Positions 29,563 to 39,840 of a DNA stretch of 64,000 bases are shown piece by piece. Numbering within the stretch: position 1 is the stretch's first letter; each line of letters starts with the position of its first letter. Source of the DNA: Gammaproteobacteria bacterium (GTDB taxonomy: Bacteria > Pseudomonadota > Gammaproteobacteria > Eutrophobiales > Eutrophobiaceae); contig CBDCDS010000003.1 of NCBI GenBank assembly GCA_965215365.1, forward strand, positions 544,001-608,000, in the 5' to 3' direction. The translations under genes were made by a program, and so were the position numbers. A model generated the notes under the pieces. It was given only the letters and a program-made list of their open reading frames with translations, had not been told where the DNA came from and ran no database searches.

Positions 29563-29612
29563 GGTTGTGACACGGTGGTTGGTCAAGGGTTGTGACACGG
29601 TGGTTGGTCAGG
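29563..29612. repeat. 25-bp tandem duplication
   Basis: GGTTGTGACACGGTGGTTGGTCA(A/G)G twice. Confidence 0.85.
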
Positions 29613-29650
29613 GGTTGGGAAACAGGCCGCCACCTTATCACATTTTTCGG

Positions 29651-30739
29651 CTAAAACGCGTACTGCCAGCCGGCGCTAATGGTCCAGTCGGTTTCCATTT
29701 GCGGGCCGTTGAGGTCGCGGTGCAGCGGCAGGCTCAGTTCCACAGCCAGGCGCTGGCCGGCCAGGGCGCCGCGCTGGCCCATCAGGTTCATGCCGAGATT
29801 CAGGTTCAGCTCATCCCCGCCGTAGTAGTCGGGGTTGGCGGTCTGCACCGGGCCGGCGATGCGTGCGTCGATACCGTCGATCCGACCCAGTGTGTGGTAT
29901 TGCAGGCGTAGCGAGGTACTGATGAAGGGGCGCCACTGGTAGTTCAGCCAACCGCTCAAGCTGTGCTTGTCGCCCAGGGCATAGCCCTGGTCCCGGTGCA
30001 GTCGCAACGTTCCCAGGTACTGGCCGCCCCAGTACCAGCGCTGCCTGTTGCCGTTGTAAGTGATACCCGGCAGCAGGTCATAGGTGCCCGAACCCAGCTG
30101 CATGGCGTAGGGCACGCGCAGCGTCGGGCGCGCCCCCCCGGGGGTCAGGATCTCGTGCGTCCTGGTGGTGGAAGCGGTGGGCAAACTGACCCCGGCGTTC
30201 AGGTGCAGGCGTTGCCCGGTGCCGTCGTACAACCGCAGCAGGCCGGACAGGCGGGTATCGCCAATGCCGGCGGTGTTGACCCTGAAGCTGCCGCGCACAT
30301 TCGTGCCCATGCCGCCCATGTAGGTGGTGTGTTCCATGTCCTTTTCGATATACATGCCCATGGCCATCAACGTCAGCCAGTCCGTGGGCGCGTACATGGC
30401 ACCGACCATGTGCATGTCCATGCTCATTTGCGTGGGCACGATACGCAAGGTCGGCGGCTGCATGGGCCGACCGAAAAACCGGTTGGGAATGGCAGTTGCG
30501 ATGGTGTCTGCATCAATGCTGTCGGTAGCGTCGCGGTTGCCCTGCATGTCCATGTGCATGAAGCGGTAGCTGAGCATGAATTCGCCCTGCTGGTGCAGGT
30601 GGTCGCCCATGACGCCAATGGGAGCATGGTCGGCGGCATTGTTTAAGGAGGTGCCGGGCGCAGCTGCGTGCGCGTGCATGAGAAAAAGACTTGCCGCCAG
30701 CACTACCACTGCACCGGTTGACCGTAAACGATGACTCAT
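29651..30739 (-). CDS. His/Met-rich outer-membrane beta-barrel transporter (probably metal-related)
   Basis: Signal peptide, DHAPIGVMGDHLH, MDMHM, QLGSGTYD, C-terminal WQYAF. Confidence 0.8.
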   Translation of the reverse strand: MSHRLRSTGAVVVLAASLFLMHAHAAAPGTSLNNAADHAPIGVMGDHLHQQGEFMLSYRFMHMDMQGNRDATDSIDADTIATAIPNRFFGRPMQPPTLRIVPTQMSMDMHMVGAMYAPTDWLTLMAMGMYIEKDMEHTTYMGGMGTNVRGSFRVNTAGIGDTRLSGLLRLYDGTGQRLHLNAGVSLPTASTTRTHEILTPGGARPTLRVPYAMQLGSGTYDLLPGITYNGNRQRWYWGGQYLGTLRLHRDQGYALGDKHSLSGWLNYQWRPFISTSLRLQYHTLGRIDGIDARIAGPVQTANPDYYGGDELNLNLGMNLMGQRGALAGQRLAVELSLPLHRDLNGPQMETDWTISAGWQYAF

Positions 30740-30782
30740 AAATGCTCTCAGGTTCGTAACAAGCGGGTCATTCTAATGACTA

Positions 30783-30815
30783 TGCGGCAGGGCGGGAATG
30801 CGACAAATTGTCGCA
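30783..30815. promoter_or_regulatory. RegA/PrrA-type binding site
   Basis: TGCGGCA half-site plus palindrome TGCGACAA-A-TTGTCGCA between the divergent transporter and regB. Confidence 0.75.
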
Positions 30816-30866
30816 GGTTCGATTGGGTCCCGGTTGGGTTGGATTAGGGTAATATGCAATATCACC

Positions 30867-32111
30867 ATGCTCAACAACCTGAAATACCTGTTGCTGGTCC
30901 GCTTTATTGCCATGGGCGGGCAGGTGCTGGCCTTGCTGTTCCTGCAACGGGTCTTTGCCATTGACCTGCCGGCCGCGCCGGCGCTGTGGGTCATCCTCGC
31001 CCTGGCCCTGTTTACTCTGGCATCCTGGCTGCGCTTGCGGGCGCGCGCCGAACTGTCCGATTGGGTGTTCCTGGGACAGTTGCTGGTGGATGTGGTGGCA
31101 TTGACCCTGCTGGTTTATTTCACCGGCGGTTCCGCCAACCCGTTTATCTTCCTGTTCATCCTGCCGGTTATCTTTGCCGCCGCCAGCATTCGCCCGGCGT
31201 TGGCTGCCCTGATCGCCCTGGCCGCGGCCTGCGGATATACCCTGCTGATGTTCTTTCACGTGCCGGTGGCCGAGCAGGCTACGGGTCAGCACGGGGCGCA
31301 GTTACATGTGTGGGGCATGTGGTACGGGTTTATCCTGAGCGCCGGGCTGGTGACATTTTTTGTTTCCCGTATCGCCGCGGCGCTGCGGCAACGGGATCGC
31401 GCCCTGGCCGCGGCGCGGGAAGAGGCGTTGCGTGCCGAGCAGGTTGTGACCCTGGGCGCCCTGGCTGCGGGCACCGCGCATGAATTGGGCACGCCGCTAT
31501 CGACTATGGCGGTGCTGGCGCAGGCGCTGCAGGAACAATATGCCGACCAACCGCGCCTGCACAAAGATCTGGAACTTATGCGGGAACAGTTGGGCCGGTG
31601 CAAGACTATCCTGGCGGAAATGGCCTCCGATGCCGGGCAGTTGCAGGCCGACTCCGGCTATATCGTCTCTGTCGAGGAATTTCTGCTGGACCTGTTTGCA
31701 CAATGGCAACAGGCTCGCGGCGATATTCCTGTTGACATCGACTGCCAGGGTCAGCAACCGGCGCCGTTGATCATTGCGGACAAGTCCCTGAGACAGGCCA
31801 TCACCAATATCCTCAACAATGCGGCCGACGCGTCCCGGGCGCACATTCAGTTGACCGGGAACTGGACTGCCGAGCGCCTGACGATTGGCGTCATCGACGA
31901 CGGGCAAGGCATCCCGGAGGCGTATCAGGCTGAACTCGGCAACAGGATACTGGAGAGCACATCATCCGGTCAGGGCATCGGCCTGTTCCTGGCCCAGACT
32001 ACGCTGAAACGGCTGGGCGGGGGCCTGGCGTTTACCAACCTGCCGGGTGGCGGCTTGCGCACCCGGATTGAACTGCCATTGCAACGGCTACTGGCGCGCA
32101 ATGCCGGCTGA
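30867..32111 (+). CDS. regB: RegB/PrrB-family sensor histidine kinase
   Basis: TGGSANPF quinone-binding motif, AHELGTPL H-box, conserved RC, GQGIGLFL. Confidence 0.9.
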   Translation: MLNNLKYLLLVRFIAMGGQVLALLFLQRVFAIDLPAAPALWVILALALFTLASWLRLRARAELSDWVFLGQLLVDVVALTLLVYFTGGSANPFIFLFILPVIFAAASIRPALAALIALAAACGYTLLMFFHVPVAEQATGQHGAQLHVWGMWYGFILSAGLVTFFVSRIAAALRQRDRALAAAREEALRAEQVVTLGALAAGTAHELGTPLSTMAVLAQALQEQYADQPRLHKDLELMREQLGRCKTILAEMASDAGQLQADSGYIVSVEEFLLDLFAQWQQARGDIPVDIDCQGQQPAPLIIADKSLRQAITNILNNAADASRAHIQLTGNWTAERLTIGVIDDGQGIPEAYQAELGNRILESTSSGQGIGLFLAQTTLKRLGGGLAFTNLPGGGLRTRIELPLQRLLARNAG

Positions 32112-32640
32112 CAACAGACTGTTGCTGGTGGACGATGATGAGGTCTATTGCAATCTGTTGGCGCGGGCGCTGGCGCGGCGCGGGATGGAGGTGGTCAGCG
32201 CCTATAACCGACAGGACGCGCTGGCGCAGGCCCGGGACAACTGCCCCGGGGTGGCCGTGGTGGACTTGCGCATCGGTGCTGATTCAGGCCTGGAACTGCT
32301 CCCGGCGTTGTTAGATACCAACCCGGCTATGCGTATCATCGTCTTAACCGGCTATGCCAGCATTGCCACTGCGGTAGCGGCCATCAAGCTGGGCGCGCGG
32401 CAATACCTGACCAAGCCCGCGGATGCAGACGCCGTCATGGCAGCCATCCGGCAGGAAACGGGCCGCGCGGATGTTGCCCTGCGGGACACGCCGGTGCCTT
32501 TGGCCAGGCTGGAATGGGAACACATACAGAAAACCCTGGCGGAATGCGACGGCAACATCTCTGCCGCGGCGCGGCGGCTCGGTATGCACCGGCGCACCCT
32601 GCAAAGAAAATTGCAAAAGCGCCCGGTCAGGATGGGCTAA
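32101..32640 (+). CDS. regA: RegA/PrrA-family response regulator
   Basis: LTGYASIATAV.AIKLGA, RLEWEHIQ, NISAAARRLGMHRRTLQRKL. Confidence 0.93.
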   Translation: MPADNRLLLVDDDEVYCNLLARALARRGMEVVSAYNRQDALAQARDNCPGVAVVDLRIGADSGLELLPALLDTNPAMRIIVLTGYASIATAVAAIKLGARQYLTKPADADAVMAAIRQETGRADVALRDTPVPLARLEWEHIQKTLAECDGNISAAARRLGMHRRTLQRKLQKRPVRMG

Positions 32641-33481
32641 CCCGCACCTGTACGTTGTCAATCAGGCGCGCTGGCCCCAGCCAGGCTGCGGCCAGAATGG
32701 ACAGGCGGGTGTCTGCCGGCGCCGGCGCGCGCAGGTCTTCACTGCGGCGGACGCTGACGTATTCGGGCCGGAACCCGGCCTGCTCCAGCTTGTGCATGGC
32801 CTCCCGTTCAATGGCTTTCAGGTCGGCGCCCTGACGCAAACTGGCGGCTGCGGCTTGCAGGGTATGGTAGATCGCTGGCGCCTGACGCCGTTCCGCCGGC
32901 GCCAGATAGGCATTGCGGGAACTCATCGCCAGCCCGTCCGCCTCGCGCACGATGGGCATGCCGACGATCTCCACCGGCAGGCATAAGTCCCGCACCATAC
33001 GCTTGATGACCAGCAACTGCTGGTAGTCCTTCTCGCCGAACAGGGCCACATCCGGTTGCGCGTTGGCGAACAGCTTGGCGACTACGGTGGCGACCCCGGA
33101 GAAGTGGCCGGGCCTGAATTCCCCGCACAGTATGTTGGATAATTCCGGCACGTTGACGCGGGTGTCGGCATCGGTGCCGCCCGGGTAAAGCTGGTCCAGG
33201 TCCGGCGTGAACAGCAGGTCCAGGCCATACTTTTCCAGGTTTTTCTTGTCCTCGGCCAGGGTGCTGGGATACTTTTCGTAATCTTCCCCCCTGCCGAATT
33301 GTATCGGGTTCACAAAAATACTGACTACGGTGCGCGCCGCGCACGCGCGGGCCTGGCGCAGCAACGACAGGTGCCCGTCATGCAGGTTGCCCATGGTAGG
33401 GACTAAGGCGATGCTGTGTCCGGCCTGGCGCCAGCTGCCGATGCGCGCACGCAAATCGGCCAGACTCGATACCGTTTCCAT
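32627..33481 (-). CDS. panC: Pantoate--beta-alanine ligase
   Basis: PTMGNLHDGH, RPGHFSGV, FGEKDYQQ, MSSRN. Confidence 0.99.
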   Translation of the reverse strand: METVSSLADLRARIGSWRQAGHSIALVPTMGNLHDGHLSLLRQARACAARTVVSIFVNPIQFGRGEDYEKYPSTLAEDKKNLEKYGLDLLFTPDLDQLYPGGTDADTRVNVPELSNILCGEFRPGHFSGVATVVAKLFANAQPDVALFGEKDYQQLLVIKRMVRDLCLPVEIVGMPIVREADGLAMSSRNAYLAPAERRQAPAIYHTLQAAAASLRQGADLKAIEREAMHKLEQAGFRPEYVSVRRSEDLRAPAPADTRLSILAAAWLGPARLIDNVQVRVSPS

Positions 33482-33542
33482 GATCGGTGTCCCGGTCAAC
33501 GGCGCGGTGATGTGTGGGTCTTTAGCCCGCATAATCATACTC

Positions 33543-34340
33543 TCACTTGAAGGAATTTTCCGGCCCCGGGAATTCACCGGCTTTGACTGCGCGCACATAT
33601 TCCTGCACGGCAGCCGCTACGCCGCCGCTCCCTGCCAGAAAGTTTTTGGCCAGGTGCGGGCGGTATGGGGAGATGCCGAGCATGTCATAGCTGACCAGCA
33701 CCTGACCGTCGCAGTGTTCACCGGCACCGATGCCGATGGTGGGGATGGTAAGTGCGTCACTGATGCGTGCGGCCAGGCTGGCGGGGATACATTCCAGCAC
33801 CACCATGGCGGCGCCGGCGCTCTGCAGGGCCTGCGCGCCAGCCATGATGCGCCGGGCCTGGTGTTGCTCCCGGCCCTGCACCTTGAAACCGCCATACTCG
33901 CGCACCGACTGAGGCTGCATCCCCACATGGCCGCAGACCGGAATACCCTGTTCAACAAGACCGGCCACGGTTTGCGCCTGCTCCTCGCCGCCTTCCAGTT
34001 TCACCACCTCGGCGCCGCCCTCCGCTACCAGCCGGCGCGCATTCTCACCAGCCAGGGCCGGCGTCTCGTAGCTCAGATACGGCATATCGACGACCACCAG
34101 CGCCCGCCGGCAGGCGCGGCTGACCAGGCCGCTGTGGTAAACCATGTCGTCCATGGTCACGCTCAAGGTGTCTTCCCGGCCCTGCAGGACCATGCCCAGC
34201 GAGTCGCCCACCAGGGCGATGTCCATACCGGCCGCGTCCAGGATCGCAGCGAAACTGGTATCGTAGGCAGTGAGGGCGGCGATTTTCTCCCCGGCCTGTT
34301 TCATCCCCTGCACGCGTGCAATGCTCAGCTTGTCATTCAT
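33543..34340 (-). CDS. panB: 3-methyl-2-oxobutanoate hydroxymethyltransferase
   Basis: LTAYD, LVGDSLG, VKLEGG, GIGAG..CDGQVLV. Confidence 0.99.
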   Translation of the reverse strand: MNDKLSIARVQGMKQAGEKIAALTAYDTSFAAILDAAGMDIALVGDSLGMVLQGREDTLSVTMDDMVYHSGLVSRACRRALVVVDMPYLSYETPALAGENARRLVAEGGAEVVKLEGGEEQAQTVAGLVEQGIPVCGHVGMQPQSVREYGGFKVQGREQHQARRIMAGAQALQSAGAAMVVLECIPASLAARISDALTIPTIGIGAGEHCDGQVLVSYDMLGISPYRPHLAKNFLAGSGGVAAAVQEYVRAVKAGEFPGPENSFK

Positions 34341-34840
34341 GCTGGCGCGATACCCGCATGACCGACGCGCGCCAGCCACTCCGCGGCCCGACCAAGGCCG
34401 GGCAGGTCCAGGTCCGGCGCCAGCTCGAGCAACGGCATCAGCACAAAATTCCGATGTTTAAGCTGTGGGTGCGGCACCACCAGTTCGGGCTCATCAATAA
34501 TCTCATCACCGTACAGCAGTATATCAAGATCCAGGGTGCGCGCCCCCCATCTGGGCCCGTTCCGCACCCGTCCCTGGTCGTTTTCAATGGCTTGCAGTTG
34601 CCCCAACAGTTGCCGCGCCGGCAGGCCACAAGCAAGCCGCGCCACTGCGTTCAGGTAATCCGGCTGGCCGCTCGGCCCCAGCGGCTTACTGCGATAATAC
34701 GAGGAATGCTGCACCAGCTTTGTATCCGGGATAGTATCCAGCGCCACCAGCGCCGCGTCCAACCGGGCCGCGGGGTTATCAAGGTTGCTGCCCAGGCCGA
34801 TGTAGCATTCCACGCTGTGTGGCAGCTGTTTATGCCTCAT
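34337..34840 (-). CDS. folK: 2-amino-4-hydroxy-6-hydroxymethyldihydropteridine diphosphokinase
   Basis: IGLGSNL, RWGARTLDLDILLY, VPHP. Confidence 0.98.
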   Translation of the reverse strand: MRHKQLPHSVECYIGLGSNLDNPAARLDAALVALDTIPDTKLVQHSSYYRSKPLGPSGQPDYLNAVARLACGLPARQLLGQLQAIENDQGRVRNGPRWGARTLDLDILLYGDEIIDEPELVVPHPQLKHRNFVLMPLLELAPDLDLPGLGRAAEWLARVGHAGIAPA

Positions 34841-34858
34841 CCCTGTGTAACAGTATTA

Positions 34859-36139
34859 TCACCGGCGGCGGCGGCGGTTGCGCCGGTTACGGGTGGGGCT
34901 TTTTGTTTCCGGCTGGTCCTGTTGAAACTGTGTCCACCACTTCGCCAGCTCGGCCACATCCTCCCCGGATTGCGCGCGCAGCAACAGAAAATCATAGCCG
35001 GCCCGGAACCGGGGGTTTTCCATTAACCGCTGCGGGCGGCGGTTGCTGCGCCGGGTCAGGCGTGGCTGTAACTGCCAGATCTCGCGCGCCATGCCGGTAA
35101 AGCGGCGCGGCACGGCGATGGCGCGGGTTTGCCGGGAGACAACGATATCCCCGGCCAGCATGAGGGCGTCCATTTCATTCATGCCCCGGGCGATATGTTC
35201 CCGGATCAGTTTCTCCATGGGCAGCCATAACAGCGCGGCGATGAGAAACCCCGGCGTCACCGGCTTGTTCTGCGTCAGCCGCTCGTCGGTGTTGCGCAGC
35301 GCGTTGGTCAGGAACGTGTGGGGAAAGCCGCCTTGTTGCTCTGTCAGCGTGTCCTCGGTTTGTGGAAATAATTGCTTGAACAGGTCATAACGGCGCAGTT
35401 GTTCAAAGGTTTGCAAGGCATAGCCATTAAAAAACAGTTTCAGGCATTCCTCGAACAGGCGCGCCGGCGCAATGTCACCCAGCGCTGAGGCCAGCTCCGG
35501 GATGCGGCTGCCGGTCTCCGGGCTGATCTTAAAGCCCAGCTTGGTTGCAAACCGCACCGCCCGCAGCAGCCGCACCGGGTCTTCGGTAAAACGCCGGCGC
35601 GGGTCACCAATCAACCTGATGCAGCCGGATTTTATGTCGTCCATGCCCTGTACATAGTCCACCACCGACTCGTCTGCAATATTGTAGAACAAGGCATTAA
35701 CGGTGAAGTCGCGGCGCCAGACGTCTTCATCAATGCTGCCATAGACATTGTCGCGGATGATGCGTCCGTCCAAAACATGGCCGGCGTCGCCGCTGTCGTG
35801 ATGCGGGGCGCGGAAGGTGGATACCTCCACAATCTCAGCGCCAAAGCGCACATGGGCGAGCCGGAACCGACGTCCGATCAGGCGGCTGTTGCGAAACAAT
35901 TCCCTTATCTGCTCCGGCGTGGCGTCCGTGACCACATCGAAGTCCTTGGGCTCGCGCCCGAGCAGCAGGTCGCGCACCCCGCCACCGACCAGATAACCGG
36001 CATAACCGGCATTCTTCAAGCGGTACAATACCTTCAGCGCGCCCTGACTGATGTTGCTGGTGGAGATGTTGTGTCTGGCACGAGGAATAATGTCGGGCGT
36101 CGGGCGCAGGTAAGAAACTTTATCGTGGTTTTTTCTCAT
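34859..36139 (-). CDS. pcnB: Poly(A) polymerase I
   Basis: LVGGGVRDLLLG.EPKDFD, LIGRRFRLAHV, RRDFTVNAL, Arg-rich tail. Confidence 0.98.
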   Translation of the reverse strand: MRKNHDKVSYLRPTPDIIPRARHNISTSNISQGALKVLYRLKNAGYAGYLVGGGVRDLLLGREPKDFDVVTDATPEQIRELFRNSRLIGRRFRLAHVRFGAEIVEVSTFRAPHHDSGDAGHVLDGRIIRDNVYGSIDEDVWRRDFTVNALFYNIADESVVDYVQGMDDIKSGCIRLIGDPRRRFTEDPVRLLRAVRFATKLGFKISPETGSRIPELASALGDIAPARLFEECLKLFFNGYALQTFEQLRRYDLFKQLFPQTEDTLTEQQGGFPHTFLTNALRNTDERLTQNKPVTPGFLIAALLWLPMEKLIREHIARGMNEMDALMLAGDIVVSRQTRAIAVPRRFTGMAREIWQLQPRLTRRSNRRPQRLMENPRFRAGYDFLLLRAQSGEDVAELAKWWTQFQQDQPETKSPTRNRRNRRRRR

Positions 36140-36169
36140 AGACTGCTATTATACTACAAAACCACACCC

Positions 36170-36245
36170 GCTCCCTTCGTCTAGTGGCCCAGGACGCTGG
36201 CCTCTCACGCCGGAAACAGGGGTTCGATTCCCCTAGGGAGCGCCA
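36170..36245 (+). tRNA. tRNA-Glu(CTC)
   Basis: GCTCCCT/AGGGAGC acceptor stem; anticodon loop CT-CTC-AC; GTTCGAT; CCA. Confidence 0.97.
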
Positions 36246-36381
36246 TTTCACGCCGAGGATAAGCCCTGTTACAGGGGCTTAATGAACAGAGATATTTCCT
36301 TACCACCCGGTGAACTGCCTGCCTTTCCCAAGCGCCCTATAATTCGGACTCATTTGCTAAATCGCATATATCGGCAGATTA

Positions 36382-36612
36382 TCAATCGAAGTTCCCACCA
36401 AGAAACTTATCCAGGGTAAGCTCAATATCCTTTGCGACCTGTCGTAGTAAAATTGGAGAAATATCACGACCTTTGTGGAATGGGATGGTTGTTGCCCTGC
36501 CGTCAGGGTGACGAAACTGCCTGTGGGAGCCACGGCGTCTTGCTTCTTTGAAACCCGCAGAGATTAGCAGGCGCATTACCTCTTGCGGCTTAAGAACCGG
36601 AACTTTTGACAC
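36382..36612 (-). CDS. hicA: HicA toxin
   Basis: GF...RRRGSHRQFRHPDGRATTIPFH. Confidence 0.93.
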   Translation of the reverse strand: MSKVPVLKPQEVMRLLISAGFKEARRRGSHRQFRHPDGRATTIPFHKGRDISPILLRQVAKDIELTLDKFLGGNFD

Positions 36613-36615
36613 TTT

Positions 36616-36822
36616 TCAGGCTATAGCGATTTGTTGCGTTCCTACAAACTCGGTTCCCAGTTCAGGTGTACCGTCTTCCAGCAACAGGGCCATGACTTCA
36701 TGCAGGTTCTTATTCAGTTCATCAAGGGTTTTTCCTTGAGAATGAGCGCCTGTAAAACCCGGCACATAGCCTACATAAAGTCCTGTTTCCTTGCAGTGCT
36801 CAACAACTGCCGTAAAATTCAT
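36616..36822 (-). CDS. hicB: HicB antitoxin, short form
   Basis: YVGYVPGFTGAHSQGKTLDEL..NL.E; lacks a DNA-binding domain. Confidence 0.9.
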   Translation of the reverse strand: MNFTAVVEHCKETGLYVGYVPGFTGAHSQGKTLDELNKNLHEVMALLLEDGTPELGTEFVGTQQIAIA

Positions 36823-36945
36823 GTTAATACCTCATGACTTTCAAAGACGAGTCGGACAATATTCAAATGACCGCACACAGGGTATATCAACCAAGTGCTT
36901 TCATCAACATACGAAGCTTCATCTGATTAAAGATCCCTCAAGACC

Positions 36946-39837
36946 ATGACAAGAGCATCCACGACAGAACCGGCATTCAACGTCATACTGGGAGAGGCGC
37001 TGCGTAACAAGCACCCGCTTTGGACGCAGTATCTCGGCGCCGAGCAAACCCGGGTGATGGAGCGGGCGCCGGGGAAACAACCCGATATTGTTATTGCGGT
37101 GCCCAATAGCACGCCGGTTGTTATTGAAACAGAATATTTTCCGGCTGTTACCGTCGAGCAAGATGCTCGCGCCCGGCTGAATGAAGCGCTGACAAGCACC
37201 GGTAGAACTATTGAACACACGTTCGCAGTACGTATCCCCGAGAACATGAAAACTGCGCCACAGGGAGACCTCAGGTCCGATATTAAAACCACTGTTTTTG
37301 ACTACTGTATTTTTTCCCTGAAGATGGATTTAACCACGAAACCGACCATCGAACGCTGGCCGGAAAGGGGTTGGCTGAAGGGCGATATCAATGATCTTGC
37401 CAGCAGCATTGAGTCGGTTTCCATCTCTGAGTCACTGTTGGCAACCAGCACCGATGAACTTGAACGTGGCGTCGCGCAGGCAGCCAATATCCTGCAACAG
37501 GCGCCGACCCATACCGGGGAAAAAATTGCCCGGGAACTGCGCCAGGAAACAGGAGAGCAAACCGCGCGTATGGCCACGGCGATTATCGCCAATGCCATCA
37601 TTTTTCACACCCGGATAGAAGGCCAGCAGGGAATTCCCACCCTGTCCGAACTACAGTCAGAGACCGGCGCGTTGAGCCGCAACGGGCTGGTTGAATGCTG
37701 GCATTGGATTGTAGAGGAAATCAACTATCACCCGATATTCAGGATTGCCTCAGACCTGCTGAGACTGATTCCCACCCAACAGGCAGGCCCTATCCTGAAA
37801 CGGCTCGTGGAAACTTCCGACAGACTGACGGAAATTGGCGCAACCGGCATTAACGACCTGTCGGGGCGAATGTTCCAGACGCTTATATCGGACAGAAAAT
37901 TTCTGGCAACCTTCTACACCTTGCCCGTTTCTGCAACCTTACTGGCAGAGCTTGCCATGGCGCGGCTGGCGCTCGACTGGAGCGATGAGAACGCGGTCAA
38001 AGCCTTGCGGATCGGCGATCTGGCCTGCGGCACGGGCGCGTTATTGAATGCCGCCTATCATTCGATTCGAGCGCGCTTTCGGCGCGCCGGCCACGACGAT
38101 GCAAGCATCCATGCCGCGCTGATCGAAGCCTCCCTGTATGCCTGCGACATCATGCCGGCCGCTACCCATCTTACGGCATCGACATTGTCCAATGCGCATC
38201 CCGGAGCGACTTTCGGCAGCACCAGGATCATCACCATGCCCTACGGACATGATGAAGATAACGTCCCGCACATCGGGTCATTGGAATTGATTGCCCAGGA
38301 GGAAACCATGCCGTTATTCAGCTTGGGGCGAGAACAGTTGCAAGGCAGGGTGGGTGAGGGGGCTACTTCGAGTATCAGCGTTCCCCACCAATCCATGGAT
38401 GTCGTCATTATGAACCCGCCGTTTACCCGTCCGACCAACCATGAGTCCACCACCGTACCGGTGCCCTCATTCGCCGGATTTGGCGCCGGGCATCGCGAAC
38501 AGAGGGCGATGAGCGAACGGTTGAAAGTCATGCGCCGTTCACTTTCGGAACCGGCGGGGAACGGCAACGCCGGGTTGGCGTCAAATTTCCTCGACCTTGC
38601 CCATGTCAAGCTGAAGCCTGGCGGTGTATTGGCGCTGGTGCTGCCGGCGTCTTTCGCGCAAGGTGAATCATGGAGCGATGCGCGCCGGCTGTTATGCAGG
38701 CATTATCAGGACATGCTGATCGTCTCCATTGCCAATACAGGTAAAAACGACCAAGCATTTTCCGCAGACACGGGTATGGCGGAAGTGCTGGTGGTTGCGA
38801 AAAAGCGAGCAGACGACACTCCGGCTAACAGCGAAGAAGATAGCAAAAACACGATCCAATTCGCCAATCTGGTACGCCGACCTGTGCATCACGTGGCCGC
38901 AACGGAGGCAGCAAAGTCGATTGAAACCATCCGCAAAGATTCCGGCATGGGTCATATCAGGCTGGGAGATGAGTACAGTAACGGTGGGTGTATCAGCGCG
39001 GATCATTTTGAAGGCGGTTGCGCCGGTCTGGTGGAGCCGGTGCTTGCACAATTCATGCTATCGCTCGCGCAAGGGGTCTTTTCACATCCAAGAACAAATC
39101 AAATTGGCAACCTGCCGATTACCACACTGGGCAGCCTCGGTAACAGAGGGCTGGTTCATAGAGATATTATTGGAGACCCTCCCCGCGGGCCATTCGACAA
39201 GATCCCGTTACAGACATCCACACCAACCTACCCGGCATTGTGGAATCATGATGCAGAGCAGGAACGGTCGTTCATCGTTCAACCTGATTGCGAGCTGCGA
39301 GTCCGCCCCGGGCAGGCAGAACGATCTGCTAATATCTGGGAACACTCTGTTTCTCGACTTCATCTGACACTGGACTTTCGGTTAAACTCCCAAAGCCTTG
39401 CAGCCTGTTTTACCCCGGAAAAATCTGTCGGAGGAACAGCTTGGCCGAACTTCATCCCAGCGGATGATGCTTCACAAAGCGTGATTCTGCTCTGGTTCAA
39501 TTCGACCCTGGGGTTGATGAGTTACTGGTGGGGCGGCACTCGACAACAACTGGGTAGAACTCGCGTAACAATAAGCGCCCTACCGTCACTTCTCACACTG
39601 GATACACGGCAATTCGACCAGACCCGTTTCAATTCATGGAATGAGCTGTGCAAACGATTCGAAAAAACAACATTCTTACCCGCAAATGAAGCCTGCCAGG
39701 ACCACAACCGCATCGCCCTGGATAACGCAATATTGGACCTGCTTGGAATTGCTGCCTCGGTTACAGAAGGCTTCGACTTAATCCGCCGCCAATGGTGCAA
39801 CGAGCCGAGCGTGCATGGTGGGAAAGGTGGCAGGTAA
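36946..39837 (+). CDS. Fused restriction-modification enzyme (Type IIG-like N6-adenine methyltransferase)
   Basis: N-terminal PDIVI...VIETEY, TFYT, DLACGTGALL, VVIMNPPFTR, TRD-like C-terminus. Confidence 0.85.
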   Translation: MTRASTTEPAFNVILGEALRNKHPLWTQYLGAEQTRVMERAPGKQPDIVIAVPNSTPVVIETEYFPAVTVEQDARARLNEALTSTGRTIEHTFAVRIPENMKTAPQGDLRSDIKTTVFDYCIFSLKMDLTTKPTIERWPERGWLKGDINDLASSIESVSISESLLATSTDELERGVAQAANILQQAPTHTGEKIARELRQETGEQTARMATAIIANAIIFHTRIEGQQGIPTLSELQSETGALSRNGLVECWHWIVEEINYHPIFRIASDLLRLIPTQQAGPILKRLVETSDRLTEIGATGINDLSGRMFQTLISDRKFLATFYTLPVSATLLAELAMARLALDWSDENAVKALRIGDLACGTGALLNAAYHSIRARFRRAGHDDASIHAALIEASLYACDIMPAATHLTASTLSNAHPGATFGSTRIITMPYGHDEDNVPHIGSLELIAQEETMPLFSLGREQLQGRVGEGATSSISVPHQSMDVVIMNPPFTRPTNHESTTVPVPSFAGFGAGHREQRAMSERLKVMRRSLSEPAGNGNAGLASNFLDLAHVKLKPGGVLALVLPASFAQGESWSDARRLLCRHYQDMLIVSIANTGKNDQAFSADTGMAEVLVVAKKRADDTPANSEEDSKNTIQFANLVRRPVHHVAATEAAKSIETIRKDSGMGHIRLGDEYSNGGCISADHFEGGCAGLVEPVLAQFMLSLAQGVFSHPRTNQIGNLPITTLGSLGNRGLVHRDIIGDPPRGPFDKIPLQTSTPTYPALWNHDAEQERSFIVQPDCELRVRPGQAERSANIWEHSVSRLHLTLDFRLNSQSLAACFTPEKSVGGTAWPNFIPADDASQSVILLWFNSTLGLMSYWWGGTRQQLGRTRVTISALPSLLTLDTRQFDQTRFNSWNELCKRFEKTTFLPANEACQDHNRIALDNAILDLLGIAASVTEGFDLIRRQWCNEPSVHGGKGGR

Positions 39838-39840
39838 GGC

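Noticed and set aside
29563-29612. Possible CRISPR or mini-array
   Set aside because: Two directly adjacent 25-bp units, no spacer and no cas genes
32636-32650. CTAACCCGCAC as a MITE B end at the regA/panC junction
   Set aside because: Only a short match, fully explained by the overlapping coding ends
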